From contig JAZKYZ010000068.1 of the NCBI GenBank assembly GCA_045612385.1, positions 4,429 through 68,428 on the forward strand: a DNA stretch of 64,000 nucleotides, given 5' to 3'. The DNA is from Eubacteriales bacterium (GTDB lineage: Bacteria > Bacillota > Clostridia > Oscillospirales > CAG-272). Positions 20,780-31,731 of the stretch are shown one piece after another. Within the stretch, counting starts at the first letter, position 1, and each line of letters begins with the position of its first letter. The position numbers were made by a program, and so were the translations under genes. A model generated the notes under the pieces. The model searched no databases, was not told the origin of the DNA, and saw nothing but the letters and a program-made list of their open reading frames with translations.

Positions 20780-22135
20780 ATGGAAGACTTGAATAAAAAA
20801 ATGCCAGTCTCCATCGAAGCAGAACAAGCACTGCTTGGGTCTTTGATTTTACGACCATCCAGTTTTGAAAAAATTGGTGGTATGATCAAAGCAGAAGATT
20901 TCGACCTGGTATTGCACCAGCATATGTTCGCAGCTATCGAGAGAATGTTTAACACTTCTGCTACGATAGATCCCATTACCCTTGTGAATACAATGATTGA
21001 AATGGGCGACAAGGATGAAACCTCAGGTCCTAAATATATTGATATGATACTTGGATCTGTTCCTTCTGCTGCGAACATTGAAGATTATGCTAAAATCGTT
21101 AAAGAAAAATCACTTCTTAGAAGTTTAATTCGAGTGTGCGATGATATTTCCTCAGATGCATACGAGGGTGGCGCACCCGTGCGACAGATTATTGATGTGG
21201 CAGAGCAGAGAATTTTTGATCTTTCACACGGAAATACTACAAGGGATTTTCGTCACATCAGTTCCATTTTGCAAAATGTTTTCCAAGAACTTGAAATTAA
21301 GAGCGAACATAAGGGAGATGATCCCCGTTCTGTAAAAACAGGATTTTCTGGTCTTGATCGCGTGCTTGTAGAAATGGGAGGTGGCGATCTTGTCATTGTT
21401 GGAGCGCGTCCTGGTATGGGTAAAACCTCTTTTGCAATGAACATTGCCACGAATGTTGCGAAACAATCCAAAAAATCAGTATGTATTTTTTCCCTTGAAA
21501 TGTCAGGCGAACAGCTTGTTACACGTATTTTGTCAAGCGAAGCGCTTGTAGATTCGTATGCCTTGCGCTCGGGTCAATTAAAACCTGAAGATTGGGACAG
21601 TATTGCCGGTGTCATTACAGAGCTTTCTGGTTGTAATATTTACATAGATGATACCTCAGCTATGACAACTACGGAAATGAAGTCGAAATTGCGCAGAATT
21701 CCCAATCTTGGCCTTGTTGTAATTGACTATATTGGTCTGATGCAAAGCACAATTAATACAGATAATCGTGCAGTGGCAGTGGGTGAAATTTCAAGAAATC
21801 TAAAGATTATGGCAAAGGATCTTGGAGTTCCATTTATCGTATGCGCGCAGTTAAACCGTGGCACAGAGTCTCGTTCAGGACAAGACAAAAAACCAAATCT
21901 GTCGGATTTGCGTGATTCAGGTTCGATTGAGCAGGACGCAGATATTGTAATGTTCTTGTATCGTGATGAATATTATAAAGAGATTGGTGGAAAAGCAGAC
22001 GATCCTGAAGCGAATAAAAAAGCAAATACGGCTGAAGTCATTGTTGCGAAAAACAGACATGGTTCTGTCAAGAATGTGACAATGGGCTGGATAGGTCAAT
22101 TTACAAAATTCAGAACACTTGAGGAAGATAGATAG
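20780..22135 (+). CDS. dnaB: replicative DNA helicase
   Basis: Motifs PVSIEAEQALLGS and GARPGMGKTSFAMN, plus RecA-like C-terminal motifs. A GTG at 20771 is an alternative start. Confidence 0.95.
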   Translation: MEDLNKKMPVSIEAEQALLGSLILRPSSFEKIGGMIKAEDFDLVLHQHMFAAIERMFNTSATIDPITLVNTMIEMGDKDETSGPKYIDMILGSVPSAANIEDYAKIVKEKSLLRSLIRVCDDISSDAYEGGAPVRQIIDVAEQRIFDLSHGNTTRDFRHISSILQNVFQELEIKSEHKGDDPRSVKTGFSGLDRVLVEMGGGDLVIVGARPGMGKTSFAMNIATNVAKQSKKSVCIFSLEMSGEQLVTRILSSEALVDSYALRSGQLKPEDWDSIAGVITELSGCNIYIDDTSAMTTTEMKSKLRRIPNLGLVVIDYIGLMQSTINTDNRAVAVGEISRNLKIMAKDLGVPFIVCAQLNRGTESRSGQDKKPNLSDLRDSGSIEQDADIVMFLYRDEYYKEIGGKADDPEANKKANTAEVIVAKNRHGSVKNVTMGWIGQFTKFRTLEEDR

Positions 22136-22148
22136 TTTGGATATCAAT

Positions 22149-23567
22149 ATGCTTTCGCGCTTCGATACAGATCGAGGACAGCAATTGCTTTCCTCCCTTC
22201 TTACTTGTATAGAAGACAATGGAATGTGGAAAAAGATAAGAGAGGGCGTTTTGCTTGGTTTTTCTGGTGGACCAGATTCTGTTTTTCTTGCTTTGGCTTT
22301 TTTGTATTTGAAGTTGAGGAGAGAAGATTTCCCTCTTGCGCTCTGTCACGTGCATCACGGAATTCGCAAAGTGGGAGCAGATTTTGATCTTGCCTTTTCT
22401 GTAGAGTTTGCAAAGTCGAATGGTCTTGAACTGTTTTCTTCGCATATTGATGTTCCAGCCCTCGCCAAAGAACAAGGGGTGGGGATTGAAGAATGCGCAA
22501 GAAATGTTAGATATTTTGAATTTCAGAAGATAATAACGGGCAGAAATGATCTTTCTTGCATTGCGACTGCACATAATGCAACAGATAATCTCGAAACGGT
22601 CATTCAAAGATTGATGCGTGGTACCGGCTCTCGTGGATTGTGTGGCATTGCCCCAGTGCGAGATAATATTATTCGTCCAATGCTATATATCCCCAAAAAA
22701 AATATTGTTGACTTTCTTCGTGCGAATGATATTTCCTATGTTATTGATGAAACCAATTCGGATATTCATTATACAAGAAATTTTATTCGCAATGAGATTT
22801 TGCCCGATTTAGAAAAAATTACACCTACTCCGGAAGTATCAATTATACGTTTTTTGCAAAATTTAAGAGAGGATCAATCCTATCTTGATGGATTGGCACA
22901 CGACTTTATATCTCAACAAAACCTGCCATTCGTTTCTGTTTGTGATTTCCGAGCGCTTCCTCGTGCGATTCAATATCGTGTCTTAAATGCAATGATAAAG
23001 CCCGTTTCTTGCGATTTTATGCTCCAGAAAAATCATATTGATTTGATTTTTGAAGCAGTTGAAAATCAAAAACGAACAAGGATTTCTCTTGGTAAAAAAT
23101 TGTATTTTGTAATCCAACAAGAAAAAATTTACTTTGAAACAAGTGATGTTCTTCAAAGCCAAGTAGAAAAATTGTCGTTAAATACACCATATTATTCCAC
23201 TTATTTTGAAGCGTACTTTTTGTTTTGTGATGATGAGCATTTTAAAACTTATAAAAATGTTTACAAAAATTCTATATCAGTGTCTCTTTCTTCTGCTATA
23301 ATCAATGGTGAATTATATCTTAGAGGTAGACATCCAAAAGATTTATACCGTGTCAAGGGAATGACACGTAAAATTAAAACATTGTTCCAATCTCTTCATC
23401 TTCCTGATGCTAAAACAAATAAAATACCGATTATCTGTGATGACAAGGGTATTTTATATGTTCCTCCATTCGGCGTTCGGGAAGAGAAGGAGCAAATATT
23501 ATCGTCTATTAAGTATCATTTAATCATAAGTTATATGGATGATAAAATAATGCCGTGGCATGACTAA
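22149..23567 (+). CDS. tilS: tRNA(Ile)-lysidine synthetase
   Basis: PP-loop motif GFSGGPDS and a TilS C-terminal domain. The start is uncertain: TTG at 22119 (ORF track) or ATG at 22149. Confidence 0.85.
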   Translation: MLSRFDTDRGQQLLSSLLTCIEDNGMWKKIREGVLLGFSGGPDSVFLALAFLYLKLRREDFPLALCHVHHGIRKVGADFDLAFSVEFAKSNGLELFSSHIDVPALAKEQGVGIEECARNVRYFEFQKIITGRNDLSCIATAHNATDNLETVIQRLMRGTGSRGLCGIAPVRDNIIRPMLYIPKKNIVDFLRANDISYVIDETNSDIHYTRNFIRNEILPDLEKITPTPEVSIIRFLQNLREDQSYLDGLAHDFISQQNLPFVSVCDFRALPRAIQYRVLNAMIKPVSCDFMLQKNHIDLIFEAVENQKRTRISLGKKLYFVIQQEKIYFETSDVLQSQVEKLSLNTPYYSTYFEAYFLFCDDEHFKTYKNVYKNSISVSLSSAIINGELYLRGRHPKDLYRVKGMTRKIKTLFQSLHLPDAKTNKIPIICDDKGILYVPPFGVREEKEQILSSIKYHLIISYMDDKIMPWHD

Positions 23568-23606
23568 CTATTATTTTCTACAGAAGAAAGGCAAAGGTTT
23601 ATTTAC

Positions 23607-25667
23607 ATGAAGGCAAATTTTAAAAGCATACTGGCTTTGCTTCTTATTGTCGGAACCGTAATTACGCTTGTTTCCGTGTTTTCGCAAGGTCAAAATGCAT
23701 CTGAGGCTCTCGGTTATTCTGATATTGTTGGCTTATTTGAAGAAGACCGGGTAACATCATTTAAGGTGGATAGTAATTTAAAAATTACTATGAAAGCCTT
23801 TGAAAAAGATGAAAATGGGAAAATTACGGATAAGGAAAAGACGTATACTTACGCATTGTCATATAATTTTCAATTGGATGAAATCAATAGTCTTGCATTT
23901 GAAAACTATTCCAAATATCTTCAAGATCCCACTTCCTCTAATTTAAAAGAATATGACTACGCTCCTGCGTATGAAACACCATGGTATGAAACATATCTTC
24001 CATTCATTATCACTGGAATTGTTTTGGTGTTGTTGTTTATTTTCGTAATTCGTCAGACTTCGGCAGGTGGACCGGGCAAGATGAATTCCTTCTCAAAATC
24101 TCACGCTAAAATGGGTGCAAACGAGAAAAATCCTGTTCGTTTTGCAGATGTAGCAGGAGCCGATGAAGAAAAAGCAGAACTGGTAGAGGTTGTTGAGTTT
24201 TTAAAGGACCCTCAAAAGTTTATGAAGTTGGGTGCTCGTATTCCTCGTGGTGTTCTTCTTGTTGGCCCTCCTGGTACAGGTAAAACCTTGTTAGCGAAAG
24301 CTGTGGCTGGCGAAGCTGGTGTTCCATTCTTCTCGATTTCCGGTTCTGATTTTGTAGAAATGTACGTCGGTGTCGGTGCATCAAGAGTGCGCGATTTGTT
24401 CGATAACGCAAGAAAAACGCCTGCAGCTATTATTTTCATTGATGAGATTGATGCAGTCGGTAGACATCGTGGCGCAGGACTTGGTGGTGGTCATGACGAA
24501 AGAGAACAAACATTGAACCAGTTGCTTGTTGAAATGGATGGTTTTGGTACAAACTCGGGTGTTATTGTAATGGCAGCGACAAACCGTCCTGACATCCTTG
24601 ATCCAGCTCTTCTTCGTCCTGGTCGTTTTGATAGAACAGTTACTGTAAATTATCCTGATATTAAGGGAAGAGAAGAGATCCTTCGTGTTCATACAAGAAA
24701 CAAACCCTTAGAGGACACCGTTGACCTTCACAAGATTGCTCTCACGACCATTGGTTTCACTGGTGCAGAGCTTGCAAACCTTATGAATGAAGCAGCCCTT
24801 CGCGCTGCCAAGAAAAATAAGGCTTTGATTGGTATGGAAGATATCGAGGAAGCGTATATGAAAATGCTTCTTGGTCCTCAAAAGAAAACAAGAGTACGCT
24901 CGCCAGAGGATAACAGGCTTTGCGCATACCATGAGGCAGGTCACGCTGTGGCATCCTATTTCTGTAAGAATACGGATCCTGTCAAACACATTACCATTAT
25001 TCCTGCTGGTAGCGCGGGTGGCGTAACTATCAGTGTTCCTACTCGTGATCAGTTTACCCTTTCTCGCAATCAGATGATTGATGATATTGTTATGACGCTC
25101 GGTGGTCGTGTTGCCGAAGAAATCATTTTGGATGATATTTCTACAGGTGCTTCCAGTGATATTCAGCACGCTACAAAGGTGGCCCGTAATATGGTTATGC
25201 GCTATGGTATGAGCCAAAAACTCGGTCCTGTCCTTTATGGTTCTGATCATTCTTCAGATGAGGTTTTCTTGGGTCGAGACTTCTCGTCGGGTAATAACTA
25301 TTCTGCTAAAACGGCTGCTGAAATTGATGATGAAATCCGTGCCATCATTGAAAATGCACACTCTACCTGTCGTGAGATTCTTACAAAGCATATTGAAAAA
25401 TTGCATTTTGTTGCACAATTCCTTCTCAAAAATGAATCTATGGATGAAGAACAATTTGCAGCAGCAATGAGTATGGAGAATCCTACTATTGAAGAAATTG
25501 AAGCAATCGCTTCTCAAAAACGTCAAAAGAGTGAAGAAGAGAATAGAGAACAGCACGAGAGAAACCAAAGAGAGGAAGAAGAGCTTGCTCGGATGGAAGA
25601 ACAGTTGCAACAAGAAGTTGTTCACGAAGATTCTCCAGATGAAGATACTCCTACCTTCCCATTCTAA
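23607..25667 (+). CDS. ftsH: ATP-dependent zinc metalloprotease FtsH
   Basis: 686 aa. Motifs [13 protein letters not shown], the SRH region, and zinc motif HEAGHA. Has an acidic C-terminal tail. Confidence 0.95.
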   Translation: MKANFKSILALLLIVGTVITLVSVFSQGQNASEALGYSDIVGLFEEDRVTSFKVDSNLKITMKAFEKDENGKITDKEKTYTYALSYNFQLDEINSLAFENYSKYLQDPTSSNLKEYDYAPAYETPWYETYLPFIITGIVLVLLFIFVIRQTSAGGPGKMNSFSKSHAKMGANEKNPVRFADVAGADEEKAELVEVVEFLKDPQKFMKLGARIPRGVLLVGPPGTGKTLLAKAVAGEAGVPFFSISGSDFVEMYVGVGASRVRDLFDNARKTPAAIIFIDEIDAVGRHRGAGLGGGHDEREQTLNQLLVEMDGFGTNSGVIVMAATNRPDILDPALLRPGRFDRTVTVNYPDIKGREEILRVHTRNKPLEDTVDLHKIALTTIGFTGAELANLMNEAALRAAKKNKALIGMEDIEEAYMKMLLGPQKKTRVRSPEDNRLCAYHEAGHAVASYFCKNTDPVKHITIIPAGSAGGVTISVPTRDQFTLSRNQMIDDIVMTLGGRVAEEIILDDISTGASSDIQHATKVARNMVMRYGMSQKLGPVLYGSDHSSDEVFLGRDFSSGNNYSAKTAAEIDDEIRAIIENAHSTCREILTKHIEKLHFVAQFLLKNESMDEEQFAAAMSMENPTIEEIEAIASQKRQKSEEENREQHERNQREEEELARMEEQLQQEVVHEDSPDEDTPTFPF

Positions 25668-25669
25668 TG

Positions 25670-25697
25670 AAAATGCCCGTGCAAACGGGCATTTTTT
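25670..25697 (+). terminator. rho-independent terminator after ftsH
   Basis: Stem aaaatgcccg/cgggcatttt followed by a T-run. It directly abuts the RBS of the next gene. Confidence 0.65.
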
Positions 25698-25712
25698 GTT
25701 TTGGAGATGCCT

Positions 25713-26486
25713 ATGAAATACCCAATTATACTTATACACGGAATTATGCTGAAGGATGTTTTGCATTTTAAGGCGTTTGGTAGAATTGAAAAAATGTTAA
25801 AATTACAGGGGTATCGTGTTTATACTTCGCCACACGATGGCTTGGGAACTATCTCTGGAAATGCAGAACAAATAAAGTCCTTTATATTTGAAGTATTGGA
25901 AAAAGAAAAAAACACCAAAGTGAACATTATAGCACATTCCAAAGGTGGATTAGACGCACTATACATGATTGATAGATTAGATATGACAAAATATGTGGCT
26001 TCTATCACCTTTTTATCCACGCCACATAAAGGTTCTGTGATTGCAAGCAAACTTTATACATTGCCCAAGCTATTTCGCAATTCGATTGCATTTTCCTTAG
26101 ATTTAATATATCGAATTGCAGGTGATAAACAGCCGAATGCACTTGAGGTTTGTCGTTCACTGATGTTATCGGAAGAAAATGTTTTTGAGTGTTTCCATTC
26201 ACATGATGGTATTTATATGCAGAGTTTTTCATCTGAAATGAAAAATGGAAAAGATGATTTTGTAATGAGGATACCCTTGCATTTTTCACGTCATTATGAG
26301 GGAAAGCCTACGGATGGCATGGTCAGTGCAGACTCTGCTCAATATGGTAACTATAGAGGAAACGCAACAGAGCACTCTATATCACATTCTCAAATTGTTG
26401 ATTTTATGCTACATAAAAGCAAAAAAGAAAAGGTTTATGGTTTTTATTCAAAATTGTGCCGTGAGCTTGAAGAATTTGGATTTTAA
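25713..26486 (+). CDS. alpha/beta-hydrolase, lipase/esterase-like
   Basis: Motif PIILIHG and nucleophile-elbow motif AHSKGG (GxSxG-type). GGAG lies 6 nt before the ATG at 25713. Confidence 0.7.
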   Translation: MKYPIILIHGIMLKDVLHFKAFGRIEKMLKLQGYRVYTSPHDGLGTISGNAEQIKSFIFEVLEKEKNTKVNIIAHSKGGLDALYMIDRLDMTKYVASITFLSTPHKGSVIASKLYTLPKLFRNSIAFSLDLIYRIAGDKQPNALEVCRSLMLSEENVFECFHSHDGIYMQSFSSEMKNGKDDFVMRIPLHFSRHYEGKPTDGMVSADSAQYGNYRGNATEHSISHSQIVDFMLHKSKKEKVYGFYSKLCRELEEFGF

Positions 26487-26513
26487 TTTACGGATTAAAA
26501 CTGCAATCGAATA

Positions 26514-26551
26514 TAAAAAAAGGTGTCTCAAATTTGAGACACCTTTTTTTA
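26514..26551. terminator. bidirectional terminator
   Basis: Perfect palindrome aggtgtctcaaa/tttgagacacct flanked by an A-run and a T-run. Confidence 0.7.
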
Positions 26552-26564
26552 GCCAAAAGAACTA

Positions 26565-27965
26565 TTATATGGGATGAACACCATTTTGGGGATCACCGTT
26601 AGGATCGAGATTATACTTCTGTTGCTTTCTCCAATCAAAGAACTTAATAGCAACTTGCTCAAAGAGAGCGAGAGAAAGAAGGTCTTCCTCTTGTTCCTCA
26701 TAAGGAGCAACTCTCTGACGAAGCGACTCGATTTCAGGAGCAATTTTATCAGCCGGGCGATAGTCGATTACGGCATCATCACCGATAATCTTCTGTCTGA
26801 ATTCTTCGCTGATTGTGGCAGGGCATTTACCATACTCGCCACGTACAAGCGCACGAAATTCCTTTGTAACTCTTGCATATCTTCCTTCGTCTGCAAAAAG
26901 AACATTGTTTACTGCCTGAGTACCAACAATCTGGGAGGTGGGAGTAACGAGAGGAGGATATCCTGCATCACGACGGACATTTGCAACCTCTTCAAGAACT
27001 TCGGGAAGCTTATCGAGTTTTCCAGCCATTTTAAGTTGTGAAATCAGGTTGGAAAGCATACCACCAGGAACTTGATAGCGAAGTGCGTTAACGTCAACCT
27101 TAAGAACCTTAGGGTCAATCAGACCGCTTGAAAGATATCTCTCGCGAACACCATTGAAATATTTAGCAACGACATCCAACTTCTCAAGTGAAAGACCAGT
27201 ATCGTAAGGTGTACCTTGAAGTGTTGCAACAAGGGATTCGGTAGGCGTATGAGATGTACCCATAGCAAGAGGAGAAATTGCAGTATCAACGGAATCTACA
27301 CCAGCCTCGATTGCTTTGAGGAGGGTCATAGAGCCAAGACCAGCAGTATAGTGAGTATGGAGGTTAATTGGAATAGAAACGGTATTCTTAAGCGCTTTTA
27401 CAAGCTGGAAGGCTTCAAAGGGCTTCAAAAGACCTGACATATCCTTAATACAGATAGAGTTTGCACCCATATCCTCAAGTTGCTTTGCATAAATTGCAAA
27501 GCCTTCATTGGTATGGAAGGGAGAGGTGGTGTAGGAGATCGCAGCTTGAACGTGTCCACCTTCCTTAATTGTTGCACGAATAGCCGTTTCAAGGTTGCGT
27601 GGGTCATTCAATGCGTCAAAAATACGAATAATATCAATACCATTAGCGATAGATTTTTGAACAAAATATTCAACAACATCATCTGCATAATGGCGATATC
27701 CAAGAATGTTCTGACCACGGAAAAGCATTTGCAATTTTGTATTCTTAACTTTGTTGCGAATGGTACGAAGTCTTTCCCATGGGTCCTCTTTTAAGAAACG
27801 CAAGCAGGAGTCAAATGTTGCGCCACCCCAAGCCTCAAGAGAATAGTAACCAACTTGGTCCATCGCCTCAAGAATTGGAATCATTTCTTCGGTGGTCATA
27901 CGTGTAGCTGCAAGCGATTGATGCGCGTCACGAAGGACGGTTTCAGTAATTTTAACCTTTGCCAT
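26565..27965 (-). CDS. OadA-N / PycB / transcarboxylase-5S type carboxyltransferase, without a biotinyl domain
   Basis: 466 aa. Motifs ETVLRDAHQSL, ICIKDMSGLL and HTHYTAGLG. No AMKM biotinylation motif. Confidence 0.85.
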   Translation of the reverse strand: MAKVKITETVLRDAHQSLAATRMTTEEMIPILEAMDQVGYYSLEAWGGATFDSCLRFLKEDPWERLRTIRNKVKNTKLQMLFRGQNILGYRHYADDVVEYFVQKSIANGIDIIRIFDALNDPRNLETAIRATIKEGGHVQAAISYTTSPFHTNEGFAIYAKQLEDMGANSICIKDMSGLLKPFEAFQLVKALKNTVSIPINLHTHYTAGLGSMTLLKAIEAGVDSVDTAISPLAMGTSHTPTESLVATLQGTPYDTGLSLEKLDVVAKYFNGVRERYLSSGLIDPKVLKVDVNALRYQVPGGMLSNLISQLKMAGKLDKLPEVLEEVANVRRDAGYPPLVTPTSQIVGTQAVNNVLFADEGRYARVTKEFRALVRGEYGKCPATISEEFRQKIIGDDAVIDYRPADKIAPEIESLRQRVAPYEEQEEDLLSLALFEQVAIKFFDWRKQQKYNLDPNGDPQNGVHPI

Positions 27966-27992
27966 AATTGTGAATCCTTTCTAAAATGTAAA

Positions 27993-29408
27993 TCAGGCGA
28001 AGAAACTAAGGAATACGCCTGCTGCAACTGCTGAACCAATAACGCCAGCAACATTGGGGCCCATTGCATGCATCAGAAGGAAGTTGGAAGGATCTGCTTT
28101 ACGTCCTTCATCTTGCGCAACACGAGCAGCCATAGGAACGGCACTAACACCAGCACTACCAATCAAGGGGTTGATTTTACCACCTGTAACCTTGCACATA
28201 ATTTTACCAACGATAAGACCACCACAGGTAGAAATAATGAATGCACAAAGACCGAGCGCGATGATGTAAAGCGTTTCAAGTTTTAAGAAGTTTTCAGCAT
28301 TCGCTGTTGCGCCAACGCTGACACCAAGAAGAATCGTTATAATGTTACAAAGCTCATTTTGAGATGTTTTGGAAAGACGTTCGGTGACTCCAGACACGTT
28401 AAAGAGGTTACCGAGCATCAAAAATCCAACAAGAGGTGCTGCATCCGGAATAATTAAGGTAACAAGAAGAGTTACAACGATAGGGAAAATAACCTTTTCG
28501 ATTTTAGTAACCGGACGTAAATTCTGCATTTTGATTTGACGTTCCTTCTTTGTGGTAAGCAAACGCATAAAGGGAGGTTGAATAATAGGAATTAACGCCA
28601 TATAGGAATATGCCGCAATGGCAATTGCTCCAAGAAGGTGTGGCGCGAGCTGCTTTGTGACGAGAATGGCAGTAGGACCATCTGCGCCACCAATAATACC
28701 AATAGCGCCAGCTTCCATAGGAGAAAAACCGAGAAACAGCGCAACGAAGAAGGCGAAGAATACGCCAAACTGCGCTCCAGCACCCATAAGAAGAGATTTC
28801 GGGTTAGAAATCAGAGGAGAAAAGTCGGTCATAGCACCTACGCCCATAAAGATAAGGGAAGGATAGATTCCGAGTTTAACGCCAAGATATAAAAGGTCAA
28901 TCAGACCACCGTTGTTTGCAACTTCGGCAAGGATCGCGCTCATCTTAACGTGATAAAGTCCTCCAGAAAAATATGCATTACCTGCAAAAGCATTGTCAAA
29001 TGCTTCGCCAATGATTGCAATATCTGCATCCGTTAAACCATCAAGATGAAAAACGTATCTCATTTCCTCATTTACAGCAAAGATGCTTTCGGAAAAACCA
29101 TTTGATGTAATAGTGCTGAGGAATTCGTTAATTTGGATTTGGAAGGGAGCAATTCCGTTTGCGCCCTGAGTAAAATAGTAATCATCAAAGAAAAAATCAA
29201 GATGAATTAAGTTGGCACCAGGAAGGTTCGCAAGAAGCATACCGAAGGCAATCGGCAAAAGGAGCAAAGGCTCAAATTTTTTGACAATTGCAAGATAGAA
29301 AAGTGCACCGACAATAACATACATTACAAGATATTGCCACCAATTTTCCATTTCGGCAAGTTTTGCTATGCCTGTTGTGCCAAGAAATTGTTTAATGGCT
29401 TCAAGCAT
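27993..29408 (-). CDS. oadB: sodium ion-translocating decarboxylase beta subunit
   Basis: 471 aa, polytopic. Motifs KKFEPLLLLPIAFG, FMGVGAMTDF, IGIIGGADGPTA and INPLIGSAGVSAVPMAARV. Confidence 0.9.
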   Translation of the reverse strand: MLEAIKQFLGTTGIAKLAEMENWWQYLVMYVIVGALFYLAIVKKFEPLLLLPIAFGMLLANLPGANLIHLDFFFDDYYFTQGANGIAPFQIQINEFLSTITSNGFSESIFAVNEEMRYVFHLDGLTDADIAIIGEAFDNAFAGNAYFSGGLYHVKMSAILAEVANNGGLIDLLYLGVKLGIYPSLIFMGVGAMTDFSPLISNPKSLLMGAGAQFGVFFAFFVALFLGFSPMEAGAIGIIGGADGPTAILVTKQLAPHLLGAIAIAAYSYMALIPIIQPPFMRLLTTKKERQIKMQNLRPVTKIEKVIFPIVVTLLVTLIIPDAAPLVGFLMLGNLFNVSGVTERLSKTSQNELCNIITILLGVSVGATANAENFLKLETLYIIALGLCAFIISTCGGLIVGKIMCKVTGGKINPLIGSAGVSAVPMAARVAQDEGRKADPSNFLLMHAMGPNVAGVIGSAVAAGVFLSFFA

Positions 29409-29435
29409 GATACATACCTAATCCTTTATGTATAA

Positions 29436-29822
29436 TCAGTTAAGAGTAGCGATAATATCGCCTGCATTGACAGATGCGCCCTTCTGAACATTGACAGAAG
29501 CGATAACACCGTCCTGAGGTGCAGGAATTTCATTTTCCATCTTCATAGCCTCAAGTACGCAGATAACATCACCCTTCTTAACAGCGGTGCCGACAGCAAC
29601 TTTTACATCAAGGATAGTACCGGGCATAGGAGCCGTTACTTTTGTGCCGCCTTGTGCTCCACTTGTTGCAGGAGCTTTAGGAGCGGCAGGCTTGGGAGCA
29701 GGTGTAGCGACAGGAGCTGCAGGTGCAGAAGCTACAACGGGAGCAGGAGCACCAGTTGCATCTGCTTCTTCAACAAAGACTTCGTAAGTGTTTCCGTTAA
29801 CGGTAATATTATACTTTTTCAT
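29436..29822 (-). CDS. biotin carboxyl carrier (biotinyl domain) subunit
   Basis: 128 aa. Ala/Pro-rich linker followed by a biotinyl domain with [11 protein letters not shown]. Confidence 0.85.
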   Translation of the reverse strand: MKKYNITVNGNTYEVFVEEADATGAPAPVVASAPAAPVATPAPKPAAPKAPATSGAQGGTKVTAPMPGTILDVKVAVGTAVKKGDVICVLEAMKMENEIPAPQDGVIASVNVQKGASVNAGDIIATLN

Positions 29823-29866
29823 AATTCAATCCATTTCTCCGCATTTAAGGGTATGCGGCACCAAAA

Positions 29867-30226
29867 TTATTTTCTATTAAAGGACACGACACGGAATTTT
29901 AATCCATCGCCTTCGCTTTCAGCCATAGCTATTGCGGCAGCAATTACGGCTATGATTTCTTCTTCGTTTGTTTGTTCGTAGGATACAACTTCAGGAGCTT
30001 GAGTGACAATTCGAACATCTTCTTTCTTTTCTTCTTTAGGAAGACGAGTAAAGACCTTTTCGAAAATCAAAAGAGCAATCCATATTAGCGTAAGCACAGC
30101 AAATACGGTAAGTAAACCAATTCCAAGCATCTGAAGACCAAACAAAGCGATTTCACCGAAATTATATCCCTTGTCAAAAAGATTATATGCATAATCCTTT
30201 TCGGCAATCGAAAGTAAAGTATTCAT
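29867..30226 (-). CDS. OadG/MmdD-like small membrane anchor subunit
   Basis: 119 aa with a single TM helix. Sits between the carboxyltransferase and the biotin carrier, as in Na+-decarboxylase operons. The call rests on position and topology only. Confidence 0.5.
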   Translation of the reverse strand: MNTLLSIAEKDYAYNLFDKGYNFGEIALFGLQMLGIGLLTVFAVLTLIWIALLIFEKVFTRLPKEEKKEDVRIVTQAPEVVSYEQTNEEEIIAVIAAAIAMAESEGDGLKFRVVSFNRK

Positions 30227-30238
30227 TATCGTCCTCCA

Positions 30239-31678
30239 TTAAAAACCAAATCTGCCTTTGGAGGAGAGCATAAGCAGAGCAGAGCAAATACGAGCGCGAA
30301 GTTCATTGGTGGAGATAATATCGTCAATTTCGCCACTTGCACATCCGACAACAGGAGAGGAGACATTGACCTTCCAATCTGCGATCAATTCTTCACGAGT
30401 AACCTCTTCGCCGATAAATTTATCCCAAGCAAATGCTACGCCACATTCAGCATTCAAAGCACCTACTTCTGCACTATCAATCACATAAACGATATCTGCG
30501 CCAAGTGCTTTTGATCCAAGAAGGGCAAATGCACCACCGATTGCGTGACCCATAAGTACGGTAACCATTGGGCAGTCGCTTGTAGAGTAAGCATAAGCAA
30601 GATCAGAAAGTGCCTCTGCAAAATGATTGCGTTCTGCCTCTTCGTGTGCAAGACCGAGCGAATCTACTAAGGTAAGTACGGGTATAGCGAAGGAATCGCA
30701 GAATGTAACGAATTTTGCAATTTTTCTCGCGCACTGTGCATCAAGTCTACCTTCATTTTTGGAAAACGAAGTAGCGACAACACCACATTTTACACCACCA
30801 ATTGTGGTAAATGCGCAAGAAACAACATCGCTAACGTTCTTTGCCACTTCTAAATAAACACCGTTATCGGCGATTGTAGAGATTACGGCAAGTGCTTCTC
30901 CACCAAAATCAAGGTCGCCAAGCGTGCGATTGAGGTTGTCCGAGCATTCAAGAACATCAGCGCCAACGGAGGCGTTTTCTGGCAGGAAAGAAATCAAAGA
31001 ACGAATCATTCCAAGACATTCTTCCTTAGAACCTTCAAATGAAACAGAGAAGTTCTCTGCATTTTTGGATTGATTATCGTGGTTAGCAACATAAAAGTGT
31101 GCATTCTTATTTTTGATTACAAAATCAAACATTGCCGCGATTGCGCAACAGGTACCAATGCAGTTACCGTCAGCATACGCAATCTGTGGAATGAGTCCGG
31201 AAGCACGGCTTACACACTTCATAATCTTTGCATAAGAAGCAAGGGAAGTAGTGCCAGCGAACACATCTGCACCAGTAGAGTTGAATACTCCAATTATGGG
31301 AGAACCGTTTTTAATCGCCATATCATAGATGTTAGCGATTTTCTTGGCGTGGTGCTCATCAATTACAGCACCCATTCTGGACGCATCTTCGACAAAGGCA
31401 AAAACAAGTTTTCCGTCAATTGCGCCATAACCAGTGATTACACCTTCAAATTCATCTGCTTGTTCTGTTGAGAAAAAGTCAGAAAAACCTCTTTTGGTGT
31501 ACGCTCCTACCTCAACGAAGGTATCTTCGTCAAAAAGAGCAAGGAGTTGTTGTCTTGCCTCACTTCCCAGACCATTTGCCAAAGATTGGCGAAGTTCTTC
31601 GGCAGTTGGAAGGGCATAGAGGGCGGAAATAGATTTAGATTGTTTTTTCAAAACAATTTTCGATTTGCAAAGTCGCAA
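30239..31678 (-). CDS. divergent acyl-CoA carboxyltransferase (MmdA/PccB/GcdA superfamily)
   Basis: 479 aa with a two-lobed carboxyl-transferase pattern (GVITGYGAIDGKLVF, IGGVKCGVVATS, KFVTFCDSFAIPVLTLVDSLG). The start is uncertain, because the TTG at 31678 lies very close to its RBS. Confidence 0.7.
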   Translation of the reverse strand: MRLCKSKIVLKKQSKSISALYALPTAEELRQSLANGLGSEARQQLLALFDEDTFVEVGAYTKRGFSDFFSTEQADEFEGVITGYGAIDGKLVFAFVEDASRMGAVIDEHHAKKIANIYDMAIKNGSPIIGVFNSTGADVFAGTTSLASYAKIMKCVSRASGLIPQIAYADGNCIGTCCAIAAMFDFVIKNKNAHFYVANHDNQSKNAENFSVSFEGSKEECLGMIRSLISFLPENASVGADVLECSDNLNRTLGDLDFGGEALAVISTIADNGVYLEVAKNVSDVVSCAFTTIGGVKCGVVATSFSKNEGRLDAQCARKIAKFVTFCDSFAIPVLTLVDSLGLAHEEAERNHFAEALSDLAYAYSTSDCPMVTVLMGHAIGGAFALLGSKALGADIVYVIDSAEVGALNAECGVAFAWDKFIGEEVTREELIADWKVNVSSPVVGCASGEIDDIISTNELRARICSALLMLSSKGRFGF

Positions 31679-31731
31679 ATCTCTCCTTCCTTTTTATATT
31701 TAATTATTTGAAGTCCAATTTTCACCAAATA

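Noticed and set aside
23567-23607. Missing synteny partners: no hprT between tilS and ftsH, and no prmC after prfA (4907..4926).
   Set aside because: Gene order differs among Firmicutes lineages, and these genes are probably elsewhere in the genome. A single window cannot establish their absence.
25670-25715. The lipase-like gene has its RBS directly after the ftsH terminator T-run, with no room for a promoter.
   Set aside because: This is probably expression by terminator read-through or from a promoter inside the ftsH 3' end. It is common in compact genomes and not testable from sequence alone.
28900-29200. An apparent ~70-aa insertion in the decarboxylase beta subunit relative to short MmdB/GcdB proteins.
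   Set aside because: As I remember it, Klebsiella-type OadB carries a loop of comparable length at the same position, so this is a normal OadB-type feature and not a novelty.
29640-29770. A locally GC-rich, repetitive-looking stretch (gcagg/agc repeats).
   Set aside because: It encodes the Ala/Pro-rich flexible linker of the biotin carrier protein ([27 protein letters not shown]), which is ordinary for this family. It is not a DNA repeat element.
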